From the NCBI GenBank assembly GCA_046045965.1, contig JBJOKS010000006.1:96001-160000 (forward strand): 64,000 bases of DNA, written 5' to 3'. Positions 61,076 to 64,000 of the stretch are shown here, one piece after another. Every line of letters starts with the position of its first letter. The first letter of the stretch is position 1. This DNA is from Cyanobacteriota bacterium. Lineage in GTDB: Bacteria > Cyanobacteriota > Cyanobacteriia > Cyanobacteriales > Nostocaceae. The position numbers and the translations under genes were made by a program. The notes under the pieces are model-generated. The model was given only the letters and a program-made list of their open reading frames with translations, had not been told where the DNA came from and did not search any database.

Positions 61076-62587
61076 ATGTATTGCGACTACCTGGTACAAA
61101 TCCTTACCGCCCGCGTTTACGATGTAGCCCAGGAAACACCACTGGAATATGCTCCCAACCTCTCCCACCGCATCAACAACAAACTCCTACTCAAGCGGGA
61201 AGATATGCAGTCTGTCTTCTCCTTTAAACTGCGGGGTGCATATAACAAAATGGCTAACCTGCCCCCAGATTTACTGAAACAAGGTGTAATTGCTGCATCC
61301 GCCGGAAACCATGCCCAAGGTGTGGCTTTAGCTGCTAGTCGCTTGGGAACGAGAGCTATTATTGTTATGCCCGTCACCACTCCCTTGGTAAAAATTAACG
61401 CCGTGAAAGCACGGGGGGGAGAAGTGGTTTTATATGGAAATACCTATGATGACGCTTACGCCCACGCCCGTCAATTAGAAGCAGAAAAAGGGTTAACATT
61501 TATACATCCCTTTGATGATCCTGATGTCATCGCTGGCCAGGGTACTATCGGCATGGAAATTTTACGCCAATATCAACAACCTATCCATGCCATATTTGTC
61601 GCTATCGGTGGCGGTGGTTTAATTGCTGGTATTGCTGCTTACGTCAAACGGTTGCGTCCCGAAATCAAAATTATCGGTGTCGAACCGGTAGACGCTGATG
61701 CAATGTCTCAATCTCTCAAAGCCGGTCATCGTGTACGCTTGTCTCAGGTGGGTTTGTTTGCGGATGGGGTAGCGGTGCGGGAAGTGGGAGAAGAAACTTT
61801 CCGCTTGTGTCAGCAATATGTGGATGAAATTATTTTGGTAGATACCGATGCTACCTGTGCAGCGATAAAAGATGTGTTTGAAGATACCCGTTCTATTTTA
61901 GAACCTGCTGGTGCTTTGGCTGTGGCTGCTGCTAAAGCCTATGCAGAAAGAGAACAAATTCAAGGAGAAACCCTGGTTGCTGTAGCTTGCGGTGCTAACA
62001 TGAACTTTGACCGCTTGCGGTTTGTGGCAGAAAGAGCAGAATTTGGGGAACGTCGAGAAGCCATTTTTGCGGTGAATATTCCTGAAAAACCGGGAAGTCT
62101 GCGTCAATTTTGTGAATGTTTAGGCGACAGAAACCTGACAGAATTTAATTATCGCATTGCAGATAATAAAGAAGCTCATATTTTTGTCGGTGTACAAATT
62201 GAAAATCGCGCCGATGCAGCAAAAATTGTGGAAAAGTTTGAAGCTAATGGTTTAAAAACTATTGATTTAACTGATGATGAATTAACAAAATTACATTTAC
62301 GGCACATGGTAGGTGGACATTCTCAACTTGCTGATCATGAATTATTATATCGGTTTGAATTTCCTGAACGTCCTGGTGCGTTGATGAAATTTGTAGGTTG
62401 TATGTCTCCTAATTGGAATATTAGTTTATTTCATTATCGCAATAATGGTGCAGATTATGGGCGAATTGTTGTAGGAATGCAAGTTCCTCCTAATGAGATG
62501 AATGAATGGCAAGAGTTTCTTGATTCTTTGGGTTATCGTTATTGGGATGAAAGTCAAAATCCTGCTTATCAGTTGTTTTTGGGTTAG
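61076..62587 (+). CDS. ilvA: Threonine ammonia-lyase, biosynthetic
   Basis: FSFKLRGAYN, SAGNHAQG, two ACT-like regulatory domains. Confidence 0.97.
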   Translation: MYCDYLVQILTARVYDVAQETPLEYAPNLSHRINNKLLLKREDMQSVFSFKLRGAYNKMANLPPDLLKQGVIAASAGNHAQGVALAASRLGTRAIIVMPVTTPLVKINAVKARGGEVVLYGNTYDDAYAHARQLEAEKGLTFIHPFDDPDVIAGQGTIGMEILRQYQQPIHAIFVAIGGGGLIAGIAAYVKRLRPEIKIIGVEPVDADAMSQSLKAGHRVRLSQVGLFADGVAVREVGEETFRLCQQYVDEIILVDTDATCAAIKDVFEDTRSILEPAGALAVAAAKAYAEREQIQGETLVAVACGANMNFDRLRFVAERAEFGERREAIFAVNIPEKPGSLRQFCECLGDRNLTEFNYRIADNKEAHIFVGVQIENRADAAKIVEKFEANGLKTIDLTDDELTKLHLRHMVGGHSQLADHELLYRFEFPERPGALMKFVGCMSPNWNISLFHYRNNGADYGRIVVGMQVPPNEMNEWQEFLDSLGYRYWDESQNPAYQLFLG

Positions 62588-62725
62588 TGGTTATAAAGTT
62601 TGATTTTATTTCGCGCAAAGACGCGGAGGAGCAAAGAAGGAAAGGAAGAAAGGAAGGAAAAAAAGATATTTAAGGAGTCGGTTTTAACCGACTTTTGATT
62701 TTAGACAGGGAATTTATTCCCTGGC

Positions 62726-63130
62726 CTATTTTACGGGTTTATCTTTTACATTCCATATCATTTTTAATCCTAGCCATCCTAACCCACTACCAATAAAATA
62801 ATAGGGAAAATCTGCCCAGTTAAAGACGTTTCCTAATACCATTTTTCCCCACCAAAATGAACGTAAATAATCTAAAAATGGGGGATGCCATAATTGCAAA
62901 AATTCTATTAAACAAGTAATTGCTAATACCCATAACGGTATTTGCCAAACCGTGCGACGGGTGGGAATAAATAAAAATGCCAATAAACACCAAAATATTA
63001 CATAAAAAATACCCCCTACCTCTTGATTTAACCAAGGGACAGAATAACGATATTTACTATATAAAAGCCCAGTAATGAGAACAATGATTAAAAAACTAAA
63101 AGTGAATAACCGAATATTTTTAAATAACAT
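62726..63130 (-). CDS. DUF2809 membrane protein
   Basis: IEFLQLWH...LGNVFNWADF..Y motif. Confidence 0.75.
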   Translation of the reverse strand: MLFKNIRLFTFSFLIIVLITGLLYSKYRYSVPWLNQEVGGIFYVIFWCLLAFLFIPTRRTVWQIPLWVLAITCLIEFLQLWHPPFLDYLRSFWWGKMVLGNVFNWADFPYYFIGSGLGWLGLKMIWNVKDKPVK

Positions 63131-63375
63131 TTTCTGACAATGAATAATATTTGATAGTAAGCAATACCCATCCTAATTATCTCACAAATCAAATATAACT
63201 CTTCTCTCTGCGTCCTCTGCGTCTCTGCGGTTCGTTAATAAAAAAGGCTTGGTTTTCTATACCAAACCTTGTTTTACAGAAGTGAAAGACTCTATTGAAT
63301 TTAACCACTTATGAACTTGATAATTTATCTATCTTCAGAGTTAACTTATGTTTTTCATCCCCTAAATATCCTCAT

Positions 63376-63618
63376 CTACAAAGCATCTACAAATAAACGC
63401 AGATCCCAATAATGAGGTGAACCAGGTAATAAAACCCAGGTATTTTTTTCTTCTCCTGGTTGCAGTTGTAAACGGTTACATAGTTCATTTATTTCTTGCA
63501 CTGCAATGGAAATATCTGGCGCTCTTACCCATAAAATGATTGTATCATCTGTTTCTTTTTCCCAATCTAGATCATCATGGCGATAATATCTGACAAGGTT
63601 ATTTATATCATCAATCAT
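63376..63618 (-). CDS. Hypothetical protein
   Basis: GAGG RBS before ATG at 63618; 80-aa ORF. Confidence 0.55.
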   Translation of the reverse strand: MIDDINNLVRYYRHDDLDWEKETDDTIILWVRAPDISIAVQEINELCNRLQLQPGEEKNTWVLLPGSPHYWDLRLFVDAL

Positions 63619-63716
63619 CCCTACCTCAAATTTAATAAGTGAACGCAGATTAACACAGATGAATACAGATATTTTCAATTATTTATCTGCGTCTATCTGC
63701 GTCTATCTGCGTTAAA

Positions 63717-64000
63717 TTATCCCTGCATCTTATCCACCCAACTTAAACACAACTCCCGGAAATGTTCACCCCTAACTTCAAAATTCGGATATTGATCAAA
63801 ACTCGCACACGCAGGAGATAATAACACTACTGACGCTTGATATTTTTTCGCTAATTCTGCGGATCTGGGAATAGCATTATCCATTGTTTCCACAATTTCA
63901 TAATTACTATATCCCACTTCTTTCAAACGTTGAGCAAAAGCATTTGCAGCACTACCAATGAGTAAAACAGCAGCAGCTTTATCTTGAATTTTATTTAACC
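63717..64000 (-). CDS. murD: UDP-N-acetylmuramoylalanine-D-glutamate ligase, 3' part
   Basis: [23 protein letters not shown]; the 5' part lies outside the window. Confidence 0.92.
   Translation of the reverse strand, partial: LNKIQDKAAAVLLIGSAANAFAQRLKEVGYSNYEIVETMDNAIPRSAELAKKYQASVVLLSPACASFDQYPNFEVRGEHFRELCLSWVDKMQG

Overview
64-kb chromosomal segment of a heterocyst-forming (Nostocales, Anabaena/Dolichospermum-like) cyanobacterium. The assignment rests on frequent HIP1 GCGATCGC sites, heptamer STRR repeats, psbB-psbT and the hmp motility genes. Most of the window is housekeeping: hmpB/hmpF, tilS, ccsB, a peptide ABC transporter, psbBT, rpsA, leuCD, tRNA-Ala, trhO, a Crp/Fnr regulator with hcp, sulfate ABC genes, guaB3-Yfr1-trxA, nucleoside salvage genes, speB, ilvA and murD. 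Accessory material includes two toxin-antitoxin pairs, Uma2, an LRR-Roc-COR protein, three MITEs, a decayed metal-resistance locus and a nonsense-interrupted EVE gene. The best novelty candidate is the apparently gene-free 1.1 kb at 53344-54433. It holds six tandem cassettes, each with a 14-bp palindrome-like operator, exactly 23 nt, a -10 hexamer, a variable ~25-30 nt segment and an intrinsic terminator, which looks like a co-regulated array of ~55-60 nt sRNAs with diversified 5' regions. The second candidate is a tilS-ccsB island with an HTH-STAND ATPase, a LuxR-HTH/TPR protein and two small ORFs that share an identically spaced promoter preceded by 9-bp tandem repeats. All protein calls come from motif recognition by eye; no database searches were run.
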